Virus record (IMG/VR): IMGVR_UViG_3300042402_002564
Coordinates: 124,001 to 188,000 of that record
DNA: 64,000 nt
Reading direction: 5' to 3' (one strand)
Shown: positions 47,131-57,358 of the stretch, in pieces
Position numbering within the stretch: the stretch's first letter is position 1
Layout of the letters: every line of letters starts with the position of its first letter
The notes under the pieces: generated by a model
Seen by the model: the letters and a program-made list of their open reading frames with translations, nothing else
What the model was told of the DNA's origin: nothing
The model's database searches: none
Translations under genes and position numbers: made by a program

Positions 47131-49050
47131 ATGGCTCAGTGGAATATACAAAATCAAGATTATCTAAATCAAGAAAGATCTTTATTTGAAGTTAATAATA
47201 TTGCAACTAAAGATGGTCAACCAGTTAGTGTTGATAATCCATTTCCAGTATCTCTTGGAAGTTCTAGTATTACAATTAATGGTGATATTAGTATTCCTGG
47301 AATAGTAACTGTTACAAGTACACCAGAAAATCCAATTCATTCCCATATAGTTGAAGTTGGAACCAGTGGTGCATTAACAACACCATATCTTCCTGTTGGT
47401 GTTGGAACAGTAAATATAAATCTTTCATATCTTCCAGTTGGCATTTCCTCATTACTGAATACAGTATCAATCTCAAATACAAGTTTTTATATTCTAAATC
47501 CTGTTACTTCTGTGACGGTAGGTGGAACAGTATCAATTGCTAATACAGTATCAATCTCAAATACAAGTTTTTATATTCTAAATCCCGTTACTTCTGTAAC
47601 CGTAGGAGGAACTGTATCAATTGCCAATACAGTATCAATCTCAAATACAAGTTTTTATGTAACCAATCCAGTCACAACAGTCGCAGTATCAGGTATTGGT
47701 TCTACTGTTACAGTTCAGGGAACAGTAGGAATTGGAACAACTGGGCAAGTATCACTCAATCTCAATAGTGCTCCTGTAAGTTCTAGTAATCCCCTACCAG
47801 TTACGGGAACAGTATCAATTTCCACATCATCAGCAGCAGCATCTATTACATTTCCCCCAATAGCAACTGATGCATTTGGTCGTTTAAGAACTTCAACTCC
47901 ACTTACACTTTTTGATAGTTCCCACAGATACAAGGACAATAATCTTTGGAGTGGTTTAGTTGTAGGAACTGGTTCAACAGTTGGATTTGTAACAGCACAA
48001 GGTTTAGTCAATATTAGTATAGGAACTACTGCTGGATGTTCTGCGATTAGGGAAACCACAAAAGTATTCTCTTATCAACCAGGAAAATCATTACAAGTGA
48101 TGAATACTTTTGTAATGAACCCACCAAAAGCAAATCTTCGTCAAAGAGTAGGATACTTTGGTGCAGATAATGGAATGTATCTGGAACTTGATGGAAGCAC
48201 TTTATATTTTGCGGAAAGAAGTTTATCTACTGGAATAACAACACAAATTTCGCAAAATAACTGGAATATTGATACAATGCTTGGTGCAGGACATCTCAAT
48301 CCATCTGGTGTTACATTAGATATTTCCAAAGCACAAATTTTGTGGATGGATATTGAATGGTTAGGACTTGGAACAGTTAGATTGGGTTTTGTAGTCGATG
48401 GGAAGTTTATTCACTGCCATTCATTCCATCACGCAAACTTAATCACTTCAACTTATATCACAACAGCATCACTACCATTAAGATATGAGATTGTAAATAC
48501 TGGAATTACAACCAGTGCAAGCACACTTAAACAAGTTTGTTCTACTGTAATTTCCGAAGGTGGTTATGAACTTCGTGGATTACAACAGGCAATAGGAACA
48601 CCAATCACGGCACCAAGAACTCTTACAACTGCTGGGACTTTTTATCCTATAGTTAGTTTGAGATTGAAAACTACTGCTTTGGATGCAATTATCATTATGA
48701 CTGCACTTTCTCTTATGGGAATTGGTAATGGAGTTAATTATAATTGGCAGGTAAGAGCATCTGGAACTACAACAGCTGGAAGTTGGGTGAGTGCTGGTGT
48801 GGATAGTAGTGTTGAATATAATCTTACTGGAACTTCTTATGCTGGTGGAAGAATACTTGCGAGTGGATTTTTAAACTCATCAAATCAAGGTTCTCCATCA
48901 ATTGATATTCTAAAAGAAGCACTATTCAAGTTTCAGTTAGAAAGAAATAGTTTGACTTCTACACCTTTTGAACTCACACTTCTTGCTACTGCTGCAACTA
49001 ATGGTGAGCAGATTTTTGCTTCAATGGACTGGGAAGAAATTAGTAGGTAA
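47131..49050 (+). CDS. probable virion structural/fibre protein with a repeat stalk and a globular C-terminal domain
   Basis: V/S/T/G-rich N-terminal half with tandem repeats; DAFGRLR.S.P.TLFDS, YQPGKS, EWLG.G.VR.GF C-terminal domain. Confidence 0.7.
   Translation: MAQWNIQNQDYLNQERSLFEVNNIATKDGQPVSVDNPFPVSLGSSSITINGDISIPGIVTVTSTPENPIHSHIVEVGTSGALTTPYLPVGVGTVNINLSYLPVGISSLLNTVSISNTSFYILNPVTSVTVGGTVSIANTVSISNTSFYILNPVTSVTVGGTVSIANTVSISNTSFYVTNPVTTVAVSGIGSTVTVQGTVGIGTTGQVSLNLNSAPVSSSNPLPVTGTVSISTSSAAASITFPPIATDAFGRLRTSTPLTLFDSSHRYKDNNLWSGLVVGTGSTVGFVTAQGLVNISIGTTAGCSAIRETTKVFSYQPGKSLQVMNTFVMNPPKANLRQRVGYFGADNGMYLELDGSTLYFAERSLSTGITTQISQNNWNIDTMLGAGHLNPSGVTLDISKAQILWMDIEWLGLGTVRLGFVVDGKFIHCHSFHHANLITSTYITTASLPLRYEIVNTGITTSASTLKQVCSTVISEGGYELRGLQQAIGTPITAPRTLTTAGTFYPIVSLRLKTTALDAIIIMTALSLMGIGNGVNYNWQVRASGTTTAGSWVSAGVDSSVEYNLTGTSYAGGRILASGFLNSSNQGSPSIDILKEALFKFQLERNSLTSTPFELTLLATAATNGEQIFASMDWEEISR
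47458..47676 (+). repeat. 84-bp in-frame tandem repeat (~2.6 copies)
   Basis: Units start at 47458, 47542 and 47626 and encode NTVSISNTSFYILNPVTSVTVGGTVSIA. Confidence 0.9.
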
Positions 49051-49060
49051 TTGAGTATTT

Positions 49061-49068
49061 TATAAATA
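49061..49068 (+). promoter_or_regulatory. late promoter
   Basis: TATAAATA, intergenic. Confidence 0.8.
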
Positions 49069-49094
49069 ACTAATAAAGTCTTTATTATATAATA

Positions 49095-49364
49095 ATGCAA
49101 GTAACAAAACCACTTTCTATAGAAACTGATTTAGCAACTTCTTCTGGTGCTGGAACAAGTATACTTTCTGCAACATGCGTAAGATTATATAATGGAGCTG
49201 GTGCAGCAACTACAATTGCAATTTCAGCATCTGTTGGGGCGAGTGCATCTTATTCATTTACTTTACCATCTGGTGCTGTTGAATTTATACAAAAATTACC
49301 CACTGATATTATCTGGGCTTCAGCATCATCTATAAAAGTAACAAAAGTAGGATTTACTAACTAA
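49095..49364 (+). CDS. small hypothetical virion-associated protein
   Basis: ORF track; late promoter; ATCVRLYN...KVGFTN; directly before gp21. Confidence 0.75.
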   Translation: MQVTKPLSIETDLATSSGAGTSILSATCVRLYNGAGAATTIAISASVGASASYSFTLPSGAVEFIQKLPTDIIWASASSIKVTKVGFTN

Positions 49365-49369
49365 GAAAA

Positions 49370-50020
49370 ATGAAACTTATCAGAGAAGAAATCGAAAAGG
49401 TAGAACTTATCACCGAAGATGTTGGTGGTAAAAAACAAATGTATATCCAAGGTGTATTCCTCCAAAGCGAAACAGTTAATCGTAATGGTAGAATGTATCC
49501 TTTTTCGATTATGGAAAGAGAAGTAAATCGTTATAATGAAAATTATGTTAAAAAAGGTAGGGCATTAGGAGAACTTGGTCATCCAGATGGTCCTACAGTA
49601 AATCTCGATAGAGTTTCTCATAAAATTACTGAATTAAAGCAAAGTGGTAATAATTTTGTAGGTAAGGCACAAATCTTATCAACTCCAATGGGAAAAATTG
49701 CAGCATCTCTTCTTAAGGATGGTGTAACTCTTGGTGTTTCATCCCGTGGTATTGGTTCATTAAGAGAGAACAATAAAGGATATAAAGAAGTTGGTGAAGA
49801 CTTCATGCTTGCAACTGCGGCTGATATTGTTGCTGATCCTTCTGCTCCTGATGCTTTTGTTCAAGGCATTATGGAAGGTAAAGAATGGATTTGGGACGGT
49901 GGCATTCTCCGTGAAAAACTCGCTGAAAATACCAAAAGAAAAATTAATAATTTAGTCGATCAAAGAAGACTAGAAGAGAATAAAATTGAGTTATTTAATG
50001 AATTTTTGAATTCATTATAA
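49370..50020 (+). CDS. gp21: prohead core protease gp21
   Basis: NRNGRMYP, ALGELGHP, GVSSRG.GS, DIVADPSAPDA. Confidence 0.97.
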   Translation: MKLIREEIEKVELITEDVGGKKQMYIQGVFLQSETVNRNGRMYPFSIMEREVNRYNENYVKKGRALGELGHPDGPTVNLDRVSHKITELKQSGNNFVGKAQILSTPMGKIAASLLKDGVTLGVSSRGIGSLRENNKGYKEVGEDFMLATAADIVADPSAPDAFVQGIMEGKEWIWDGGILREKLAENTKRKINNLVDQRRLEENKIELFNEFLNSL

Positions 50021-50040
50021 TATCTTAAATTTAGATTTTA

Positions 50041-50047
50041 ATAAATA
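50041..50047 (+). promoter_or_regulatory. late promoter
   Basis: ATAAATA upstream of gp22. Confidence 0.7.
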
Positions 50048-50087
50048 AATATAGATTAAATTAATAAAGGTTAATCGGAGAGTTCAA

Positions 50088-51314
50088 ATGTCTCGTGGTA
50101 AAAATTTACAAGAAATGGAAGCAGGCACTAAGCAATCCAGAACCGCTGTCAATGCAGGTGCAAAGGCAGGGGATCCAATGCAAAAGCTAGCACCTGGTGC
50201 AGTTGCTGGTCAGACTGGTAGCTGGGAAGATCTTGGTGGTCCTACTCCAGAAAACTATCGTTCCGATGATAGTTCTGCAGAATTAAAGACCCCAGGAAAA
50301 ACTTTACAGCAAGTAAAGAATGTTGTAAATAAAGGTGCTAAAGCTGCTGATCCAATGAAGGGTCTCAAAAAGAGTGAAGCAGTAAAAGAAGATGAAGATC
50401 TAGAAGATGAAGACCTCATCGAAGAAGAAATTGAAGAGGACGAAGATCTTGATGAAGTTGAAGAAGACGTTGAAGAAGAAGTAGTTTCCGAAGCTTCTAA
50501 AGAAGAAGAGGATGAAGAGGATGAAGAAGATGAAGATGAAGAGGGTGAGGAAGAAGACAAAAAAATGAAGAAAGAAGAGTTTGATATTGAAGAAGATGTC
50601 AATGCTCTTTTAAACACTGGTGATGAAGAAGAACTCTCCGAAGAGTTTAAAGAAAAGGCAAAGGTAGTATTCGAATCTGCCCTTAGATCAAAAGTTTCTG
50701 AAATCAAAGAAGAACTAGAAGTTCAGTATGAGCAGAGACTTATTGAAGAAGTAGATGCTATTAAGGCATCTCTTGAGGAAAGAATTGATTCTTACCTTGA
50801 GTATGTTTCTGAAGAATGGATTTCAGAAAACGAATTAGCAATTGAGCACGGTCTTAAGACCGAAATGACCGAATCATTCCTCCAAGGAATGAGAGGACTT
50901 TTTGAAGAGCATTATGTATCAATCCCTGAAGATAAATATGATGTGTTAGAGAGCATGGTAGAAAAACTTGATGAAATGGAGACAAAACTCAACGAGCAGA
51001 TTGAGAAGAACATTTCCCTAAACAAGCGTCTCTCCGAGTCGGTTGCACAAGGAATCTTTGATAGTGTTTCTGAGGGTCTAGCACTTTCTCAGAAAGAGAA
51101 GCTCGCTTCACTTGCCGAAAGTGTTGAGTTTGAAAGTGACGTAGAATATCGTGAAAAACTGGAGACTTTGAAGGAATCATATTTCCCTTCAAAAACAGCT
51201 GCTCCACAAGCAAAAACTGAAACTCTTTCTGAAGGAGTAGACGTTGCTACTGAGTATCACTCAGATTCAATGCACGCTTACTTGAGAACTCTTTCAGCTG
51301 TTGCTAAAAAGTGA
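50088..51314 (+). CDS. gp22: prohead core scaffold protein gp22
   Basis: Glu-rich tract, ELSEEFK.KA..VFE, YLEYV.EEW..EN; between gp21 and gp23. Confidence 0.93.
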   Translation: MSRGKNLQEMEAGTKQSRTAVNAGAKAGDPMQKLAPGAVAGQTGSWEDLGGPTPENYRSDDSSAELKTPGKTLQQVKNVVNKGAKAADPMKGLKKSEAVKEDEDLEDEDLIEEEIEEDEDLDEVEEDVEEEVVSEASKEEEDEEDEEDEDEEGEEEDKKMKKEEFDIEEDVNALLNTGDEEELSEEFKEKAKVVFESALRSKVSEIKEELEVQYEQRLIEEVDAIKASLEERIDSYLEYVSEEWISENELAIEHGLKTEMTESFLQGMRGLFEEHYVSIPEDKYDVLESMVEKLDEMETKLNEQIEKNISLNKRLSESVAQGIFDSVSEGLALSQKEKLASLAESVEFESDVEYREKLETLKESYFPSKTAAPQAKTETLSEGVDVATEYHSDSMHAYLRTLSAVAKK

Positions 51315-51367
51315 ACTTAATATTATTCAAATAAAACACAATTACACTTAGTAAAAGGTAAAAGCAA

Positions 51368-52777
51368 ATGTTCCAAACTGAGCATCTGCAGGAAAAGTGG
51401 GCACCACTTCTCGACTATGATGGTCTTGATCCAATCAAAGATTCCCATAGAAGAGCTGTAACCGCTGTCCTGCTCGAAAACCAAGAAAAATTCTTAAGAG
51501 AACAGCAAGCTTTCTCAAGCGGCGTTCTTATGGAGACCCCAACCAATGCAGGTAATGCTGCTGGTGCATCTGGTGGTTTCTCAGGTTCCGCAGCTGCAGG
51601 TGGTCCTGTAGCAGGTTTTGACCCAGTTCTGATTTCTCTAATCAGACGTGCAATGCCTAACCTCGTTGCATATGACCTCGCTGGTGTTCAACCAATGAGC
51701 GGTCCTACTGGACTCATCTTCGCAATGCGTTCACGCTATAGCGATCAGTCTGGCACCGAAGCTCTATTCAACGAAGCAGATACTGCATTCTCTGGTCAGA
51801 ACTCTGGTATCGGTCTTACTGCGGCTAGCGATGTAACCGCAGGTATGGGTACTACTACCCAGTATGGTTCAAACCCAGGTCTTCTCAATCCTGTTGGTAC
51901 TGGTGCATCCACTGGTTCTTCTGGTTACAACGTTGGTCAGGGTATGTTCACTGGAGATTCTGAGAATCTCGGTAACGGTAATGACAACCAGTTCAATGAG
52001 ATGGCATTCTCAATCGAGAAGGTTCTCGTTGAAGCAAAGTCAAGAGCCCTCAAAGCTGAGTACTCCTTAGAACTCGCTCAGGACCTCAAGGCTATCCACG
52101 GTCTAAACGCAGAAGCAGAACTTGCTAACATTCTCTCCACTGAGATCCTCGCTGAGATCAACAGAGAAGTTATCAGAACCATCTACAAGGTCGCTGAGCA
52201 AGGTGCTGCTGTAAATACTGCTACCGCTGGTGTATTTGACCTTGACGTTGATTCCAACGGTCGTTGGTCTGTTGAGAAGTTCAAGGGTCTACTCTTCCAA
52301 ATCGAGCGTGATGCTAACGCAATCGCACAAAGAACTCGTAGAGGTAAGGGTAACGTTATCATGTGTTCTGCTGACGTTGCATCTGCTCTCAGCATGGCTG
52401 GTGTACTCGACTACACCCCTGCTCTGAATGCAAACCTCAACGTTGATGACACTGGTAACACCTTCGCTGGTGTTCTGCTCGGTAAGTTCCGCGTATATAT
52501 CGACCCATATTCAGCAAACGTATCTGCTAACCAGTACTACGTTGTTGGTTATAAGGGTTCCAGCCCATATGATGCTGGTCTCTTCTACTGCCCATATGTT
52601 CCTCTCCAAATGGTTCGTGCCGTTGGTGAGAACACCTTCCAGCCTAAGATTGGCTTTAAGACCAGATATGGTCTTGTTGCTAACCCATTTGCTGAAGGCA
52701 CCACTCAAGGTCTCGGCAGACTTCAAGTTAACGCAAACCGTTACTACAGAAGAGTTCAAATCAAGAACCTCATGTGA
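51368..52777 (+). CDS. gp23: major capsid protein gp23
   Basis: DPVLISLIRRAMP, VQPMSGPTGLIFAMR, SRALKAEYS.ELAQDLKAIHG, FQPKIGFKTRYG. Confidence 0.99.
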   Translation: MFQTEHLQEKWAPLLDYDGLDPIKDSHRRAVTAVLLENQEKFLREQQAFSSGVLMETPTNAGNAAGASGGFSGSAAAGGPVAGFDPVLISLIRRAMPNLVAYDLAGVQPMSGPTGLIFAMRSRYSDQSGTEALFNEADTAFSGQNSGIGLTAASDVTAGMGTTTQYGSNPGLLNPVGTGASTGSSGYNVGQGMFTGDSENLGNGNDNQFNEMAFSIEKVLVEAKSRALKAEYSLELAQDLKAIHGLNAEAELANILSTEILAEINREVIRTIYKVAEQGAAVNTATAGVFDLDVDSNGRWSVEKFKGLLFQIERDANAIAQRTRRGKGNVIMCSADVASALSMAGVLDYTPALNANLNVDDTGNTFAGVLLGKFRVYIDPYSANVSANQYYVVGYKGSSPYDAGLFYCPYVPLQMVRAVGENTFQPKIGFKTRYGLVANPFAEGTTQGLGRLQVNANRYYRRVQIKNLM

Positions 52778-52798
52778 TTTCTGGTCACATTTATCAAG

Positions 52799-52823
52799 AG
52801 GGACCCGAAAGGGTCCCTTTTTT
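52799..52823 (+). terminator. intrinsic terminator after gp23
   Basis: AGGGACCC-GAAA-GGGTCCCT followed by a T-tract; CTAAATA late-promoter variant follows at 52827-52833. Confidence 0.9.
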
Positions 52824-52844
52824 ATTCTAAATAGTTAAAAAACA

Positions 52845-53408
52845 ATGGCAGTCGGAAACGCTTTTAGTAATCAAATACAAAATAGAAACTTTTTATCCTC
52901 AGTTGGGTTTAAGTTTACATTAACTAGGGCACGTAAAGTATCATTCTTTTCCAATTCCGCAAATGTCCCAGGATTAAGTCTAGGAATTGCCCAACAACCA
53001 ACATACTTGAAGGATATTGATATTCCTGGTGATAAAATGGTTTTTGAAGATTTTAATCTAAGATTTATTGTTGATGAAAATCTAGAAAATTATATGCAAA
53101 TTCAAAACTGGATGAGAGGTCTCGGATATCCAGAATCTTTGAATGAAATTTATAGTTTACAAAAACAAGAAACAAATTTAAATACTTCTTTGAACAAGCA
53201 AATGAACATCTATTCAGATGGAACTTTGCAAGCACTGAATAGCAATAATCGCGTTCAATTTGAAGTTGTATTCAAAGATATGTTCCCATATTCACTATCT
53301 GCACTGGAGTTTGATTCAACAAATCCAGATGTCGAATACTTTACAGCAGAAGTATCATTCAAGTATACTATTTACAATATATTAGATGCTAGTGGAAATA
53401 AACTATGA
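52845..53408 (+). CDS. gp3: tail completion/tube terminator gp3-like protein
   Basis: NRNFLS..GFKF, PGDK..FED..LRF.VDENLENY; position after gp23. Confidence 0.85.
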   Translation: MAVGNAFSNQIQNRNFLSSVGFKFTLTRARKVSFFSNSANVPGLSLGIAQQPTYLKDIDIPGDKMVFEDFNLRFIVDENLENYMQIQNWMRGLGYPESLNEIYSLQKQETNLNTSLNKQMNIYSDGTLQALNSNNRVQFEVVFKDMFPYSLSALEFDSTNPDVEYFTAEVSFKYTIYNILDASGNKL

Positions 53409-53842
53409 TTATTGACCTTGAAATGATTCAAAAAATGTGGGAAGAAGATTCTAAAATTGACATGGATAATTTGCATACAGAATCTACCAATATCCCAGTT
53501 TTACATGCAAAATATTTTGATTTATATAATAACATCATTCTTTTAAAGAAAAAAGCAGAGCAACAAAGAAAAAATATTAGGCACGAGAGATATGAATATT
53601 TTACTGGTAAAGCAGATCCAGATGTTTATATAGAAAATCCATTCCCTAAAAAAATTAGAGACAAAGATACTTTACAAAAATATCTAGATGCAGATGAGAA
53701 ATTGTCTCAAGTTAGTTTAAAAATAGACTATTATGAAACCATTATAAATTACTTAGAGAGTATTCTTAAAGTAATTCAGAATAGAACTTACCAAATTAAG
53801 AATGCCATCGAATTTTTAAAATTCCAGGCAGGTTATGGTTGA
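53405..53842 (+). CDS. uvsY: recombination mediator UvsY
   Basis: W..DS.ID, IP.LHAKY, YL.AD, R.YQIKNAIE; adjacent to uvsW. Confidence 0.92.
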   Translation: MIIDLEMIQKMWEEDSKIDMDNLHTESTNIPVLHAKYFDLYNNIILLKKKAEQQRKNIRHERYEYFTGKADPDVYIENPFPKKIRDKDTLQKYLDADEKLSQVSLKIDYYETIINYLESILKVIQNRTYQIKNAIEFLKFQAGYG

Positions 53843-55307
53843 TAAATTTGATCTAATAATTTCTAAATCCAACGAAGTTTATTTAAAAATAGAATGTGAA
53901 CCACACATTGAATATGAACTTCGGGATCACTTTAAATTCGAAGTACCGAATGCAAAATTCATGCCTCAATATAGAGGCAGAAATTGGAATGGAGAAATTC
54001 ATCTATTCGACATGAGAACCAAGCAGCTCTACGTAGGTCTGTTGGATAGATTAATTTCTTTTTGTAAAAACTATGGATACAATTACAAGTTTGTAGAAAA
54101 TAAATTCTACGGATTACCCTTTGAAGTAAATGAAGAGATTACTCTTGAGGGTGTTAAAGGATATATGCAATCTATTTGTTCCCACTCTCCAAGGGATTAT
54201 CAAATAGATGGAGTATGTGATGCGTTAAAGCATAATCGAAGGCTATTGATAAGTCCCACAGCATCAGGCAAATCTCTGATGATTTACTCTCTAGTAAGAT
54301 ACTATGTGAGTAAACACGAAAAAATACTTTTAGTTGTTCCAACGACATCTCTTGTAGAGCAAATGTACAAGGATTTTCAGGATTATGGTTGGGATGCTGA
54401 TTCATATTGTCACCGAATTTATTCTGGTAGAGAAAAGACAAACGAACATCCTGTTACCATTACTACTTGGCAATCCGTATATAAATTAGAACGTTCATTC
54501 TTTGAAGATTATGGTGTAATTATAGGTGATGAGGCTCATTTATTCAAGAGCAAATCACTTATTGAAATTATGACTAAACTTCATCATGCAAAATATAGAT
54601 TTGGATTTACAGGAACTTTAGATGGAACTCAAACTCACAAATGGGTTCTTGAAGGTTTATTTGGACCATCATATAAAGTTACACGAACTGCAGAATTAAT
54701 GGAAAAGGGACACGTATCCAAATTAGATATTCGTTGTCTTGTGTTAAAACATACTCCTCAGATTTTTGAGACTTATGAAGATGAAGTTCAATTTATTATA
54801 TCTCACGAAAAAAGAAATAACTTTATTAAAAACCTTGCTTTAGATTTAAAGGGTAATACTCTTATATTATTTTCTAGAGTCGAGACTCATGGACTTCCTT
54901 TGTATGAATTAATTAATAAGAACAAAAAAGAAAATCGTAAAGTATTTTTTGTCCATGGAGGAATTGATACTGAAGAAAGAGAGCAAGTCAGAGAAATAAC
55001 AGAACGAGAGAATGATGCAATCATCGTAGCTTCTTATGGTGTATTTTCTACTGGAATAAATATTAGAAACCTCCATAATGTTATTTTTGCATCCCCAAGT
55101 AAATCCAGAGTTCGCAATCTTCAAAGTATTGGTAGAGTTTTAAGAAAGGGTAAAAATAAAACAAAAGCAATGCTTTATGATATTTCCGATGATTGCACTC
55201 ACAAAGCAAGAAAAAATTATACTTTAAATCACCTGATAGAAAGAATTAAAATTTATAATGAAGAAAACTTTAACTACGAAATAATTACAATCAATTTAAC
55301 GCCATGA
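53835..55307 (+). CDS. uvsW: SF2 DNA/RNA-DNA helicase UvsW
   Basis: SPTASGKS, GDEAH, GFTGT, LQSIGRVLR. Confidence 0.96.
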   Translation: MVDKFDLIISKSNEVYLKIECEPHIEYELRDHFKFEVPNAKFMPQYRGRNWNGEIHLFDMRTKQLYVGLLDRLISFCKNYGYNYKFVENKFYGLPFEVNEEITLEGVKGYMQSICSHSPRDYQIDGVCDALKHNRRLLISPTASGKSLMIYSLVRYYVSKHEKILLVVPTTSLVEQMYKDFQDYGWDADSYCHRIYSGREKTNEHPVTITTWQSVYKLERSFFEDYGVIIGDEAHLFKSKSLIEIMTKLHHAKYRFGFTGTLDGTQTHKWVLEGLFGPSYKVTRTAELMEKGHVSKLDIRCLVLKHTPQIFETYEDEVQFIISHEKRNNFIKNLALDLKGNTLILFSRVETHGLPLYELINKNKKENRKVFFVHGGIDTEEREQVREITERENDAIIVASYGVFSTGINIRNLHNVIFASPSKSRVRNLQSIGRVLRKGKNKTKAMLYDISDDCTHKARKNYTLNHLIERIKIYNEENFNYEIITINLTP

Positions 55308-55705
55308 TGGAAGAAGATTTTTATGCAACAATTAAATTAAAGAATGGAGAAGAAATATACGCAAAAGTATCTCCATGCTTTGAAGAAGAAAAAACTTTAT
55401 TATTAATAACTAATCCGATTACAATATCTGAAGTAAAATCAAGATCTGGAATGTCTGGGTATAAATTAGAATCTTGGTTAAAGACTAGTAAAGAAGATAT
55501 GTTATTAATTAATATGAATGATGTATTAACTATTAGTGAGTCTAAAGATATTGATATGATTATCATGTATCAAAATTACGTTAGACAATCAAAGGATTAC
55601 GGTGACGATTATCCTAGTAGAAAAAAGATTAATAGAAAAATGGGATATATCTCTAATGTTAATGATGCTAAAGAGATATTAGAAAAGCTCTATAAAAATA
55701 GCTAG
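55304..55705 (+). CDS. conserved hypothetical protein (possibly Sm-like) between uvsW and gp55
   Basis: FYATIKLKNGEEI, KMGYIS.V..A...LE..Y; syntenic position. Confidence 0.8.
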   Translation: MMEEDFYATIKLKNGEEIYAKVSPCFEEEKTLLLITNPITISEVKSRSGMSGYKLESWLKTSKEDMLLINMNDVLTISESKDIDMIIMYQNYVRQSKDYGDDYPSRKKINRKMGYISNVNDAKEILEKLYKNS

Positions 55706-55732
55706 ATATAATGTTTCAAACCTAACAAAGGT

Positions 55733-55761
55733 ATTTTATCTATATTTTGGATCCTTGTCAA
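55733..55761 (-). promoter_or_regulatory. antisense sigma70-type promoter
   Basis: On the - strand, TTGACA(55761-55756)-N17-TAAAAT(55738-55733). Confidence 0.6.
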
Positions 55762-55763
55762 GT

Positions 55764-55792
55764 TTGTAGATATTTCATATGGATGGTATAAT
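55764..55792 (+). promoter_or_regulatory. sigma70-type promoter for the gp55 operon
   Basis: TTGTAG-N17-TATAAT with extended TGn. Confidence 0.7.
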
Positions 55793-55820
55793 TGATATAC
55801 ATATTAAATTAGGTATTCTT

Positions 55821-56318
55821 ATGATAACTACAAATGCCATGACAAAGAGGAAGAGATCGGTTCATTACGTCAATAACAAAGATTTTTTAGCAGCATTAAT
55901 TGAGTATAAAAAAGCAATTGCTGATGCTGAAGGTAGAGGTGACCCAAAACCACAAATTACGAATTATCTTGGTGAATGCTTTTTAAAAATTGCAACTCAT
56001 TTATCATTTAAACCAAATTTTGTCAATTACATCTTTAAGGATGATATGATTAGTGATGGTATTGAAAACTGTGTTCAGTACATCCATAATTTCAATCCAG
56101 AAAAATCTCAAAACCCTTTTGCATACTTCACTCAGATTATTCACTACGCATTTCTGAGACGCATTCAGAAAGAAAAGAAGCAACTGGAAATTAAGAATAA
56201 GATTCTTGAAAGAACTGGATATGATGAGGTCTTTTTTGACGACAACCATATTGACGGAATGAATTATTCTGACTATAATAGCATCAAGGATAGTATTCAC
56301 TCTAAAACAAGGTACTGA
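55821..56318 (+). CDS. gp55: late-transcription sigma factor gp55
   Basis: HYVNNK.F, KIA.HLS.KPNF, NPFAYFTQI..YAFLRRI.KEK; the track ATG at 55779 lies inside the promoter, so 55821 or 55839 is preferred. Confidence 0.95.
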   Translation: MITTNAMTKRKRSVHYVNNKDFLAALIEYKKAIADAEGRGDPKPQITNYLGECFLKIATHLSFKPNFVNYIFKDDMISDGIENCVQYIHNFNPEKSQNPFAYFTQIIHYAFLRRIQKEKKQLEIKNKILERTGYDEVFFDDNHIDGMNYSDYNSIKDSIHSKTRY

Positions 56319-57358
56319 TGCGTGTAGCAATAATTACAGACCAACATTTTGGTGCTCGTAAAAATTCTAAATTATTTCATGATTATTTTTTAAAATTCTA
56401 TAATGATGTGTTTTTCCCGACGCTGGAACAGTACGGGATTACCACTATCATTGATATGGGAGATACTTTTGATAGTCGTAAAGGTATTGACTTTGCCGCT
56501 TTGGCATGGGCAAAAGATAATTACTATGATAAACTAGAGTCTTTGGGGTGTCAGGTTTATACTGTAGTTGGAAATCACACAGCTTATTATAAGAATACCA
56601 ATCAAGTAAATGCTGTTGATTTATTGTTGAGAGAATATAAAAACGTAAGAGTAATATCAGAAGCAGAACATATTAAAATTGGAGAGCAGAATATTTTGTT
56701 TATTCCTTGGATAAACTCTGAGAATGAACAAAAAACATATGAAATAATTGATAAAAGCAATTCCGAGATTGCAATGGGGCACTTAGAATTGAATGGATTT
56801 TCTCCATACAAAGGTCATGTGATGACATCTGGGCATGATAGTGAAATATTTAATAAATTTACCAGAGTTTTTTCTGGACACTATCATACTAGGTCTAATA
56901 ATGGAAAAATATATTATCTCGGTAATCCCTACGAGATATATTTAAACGATTACAATGATACCAGAGGATTTCATTTATTTGATTTGAATTCTTTAGAATT
57001 GACTTCAATTAATAATCCATATCGCATGTTCTATTCAGTTTTTTATGAGGACAATGATCCACAACTGTTTGATGCGAGAGAATATGAAAACAAAATAGTA
57101 AAGTTAATCATAAGAAAAAAATCTGATCCTAAAAAATTCGACAAATTTTTAGATAAATTATACGCCGCTAATGTTGCAGAAATTAAAATCGTAGAAAGTT
57201 TTAGAATAGATGAAGAGATTCAAATAGATGAATTAGAATCTGAAGATACTGTATCTTTACTTAACCGATATGTTGAAGATTCTGATGTAATTTTGGATAA
57301 AAATATTATTAAAGGAATTATCCAAAATATATACAAAGAGGCATGTGAGATGATCTAA
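56318..57358 (+). CDS. gp47: recombination endonuclease subunit gp47 (Mre11/SbcD-like)
   Basis: TDQHFG, GDTFD, GNH, SGHYH metallophosphoesterase motifs. Confidence 0.95.
   Translation: MRVAIITDQHFGARKNSKLFHDYFLKFYNDVFFPTLEQYGITTIIDMGDTFDSRKGIDFAALAWAKDNYYDKLESLGCQVYTVVGNHTAYYKNTNQVNAVDLLLREYKNVRVISEAEHIKIGEQNILFIPWINSENEQKTYEIIDKSNSEIAMGHLELNGFSPYKGHVMTSGHDSEIFNKFTRVFSGHYHTRSNNGKIYYLGNPYEIYLNDYNDTRGFHLFDLNSLELTSINNPYRMFYSVFYEDNDPQLFDAREYENKIVKLIIRKKSDPKKFDKFLDKLYAANVAEIKIVESFRIDEEIQIDELESEDTVSLLNRYVEDSDVILDKNIIKGIIQNIYKEACEMI

Noticed and set aside
47458-47676. CRISPR or DGR interpretation of the 84-bp repeat
   Set aside because: In-frame coding tandem repeat without spacers; differences are synonymous rather than adenine-specific; no reverse transcriptase in the window.
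50255-50707. Poly-Ser minus-strand ORF and GAA/GAT-rich low-complexity DNA
   Set aside because: Reverse complement of the Glu/Asp tract of gp22.
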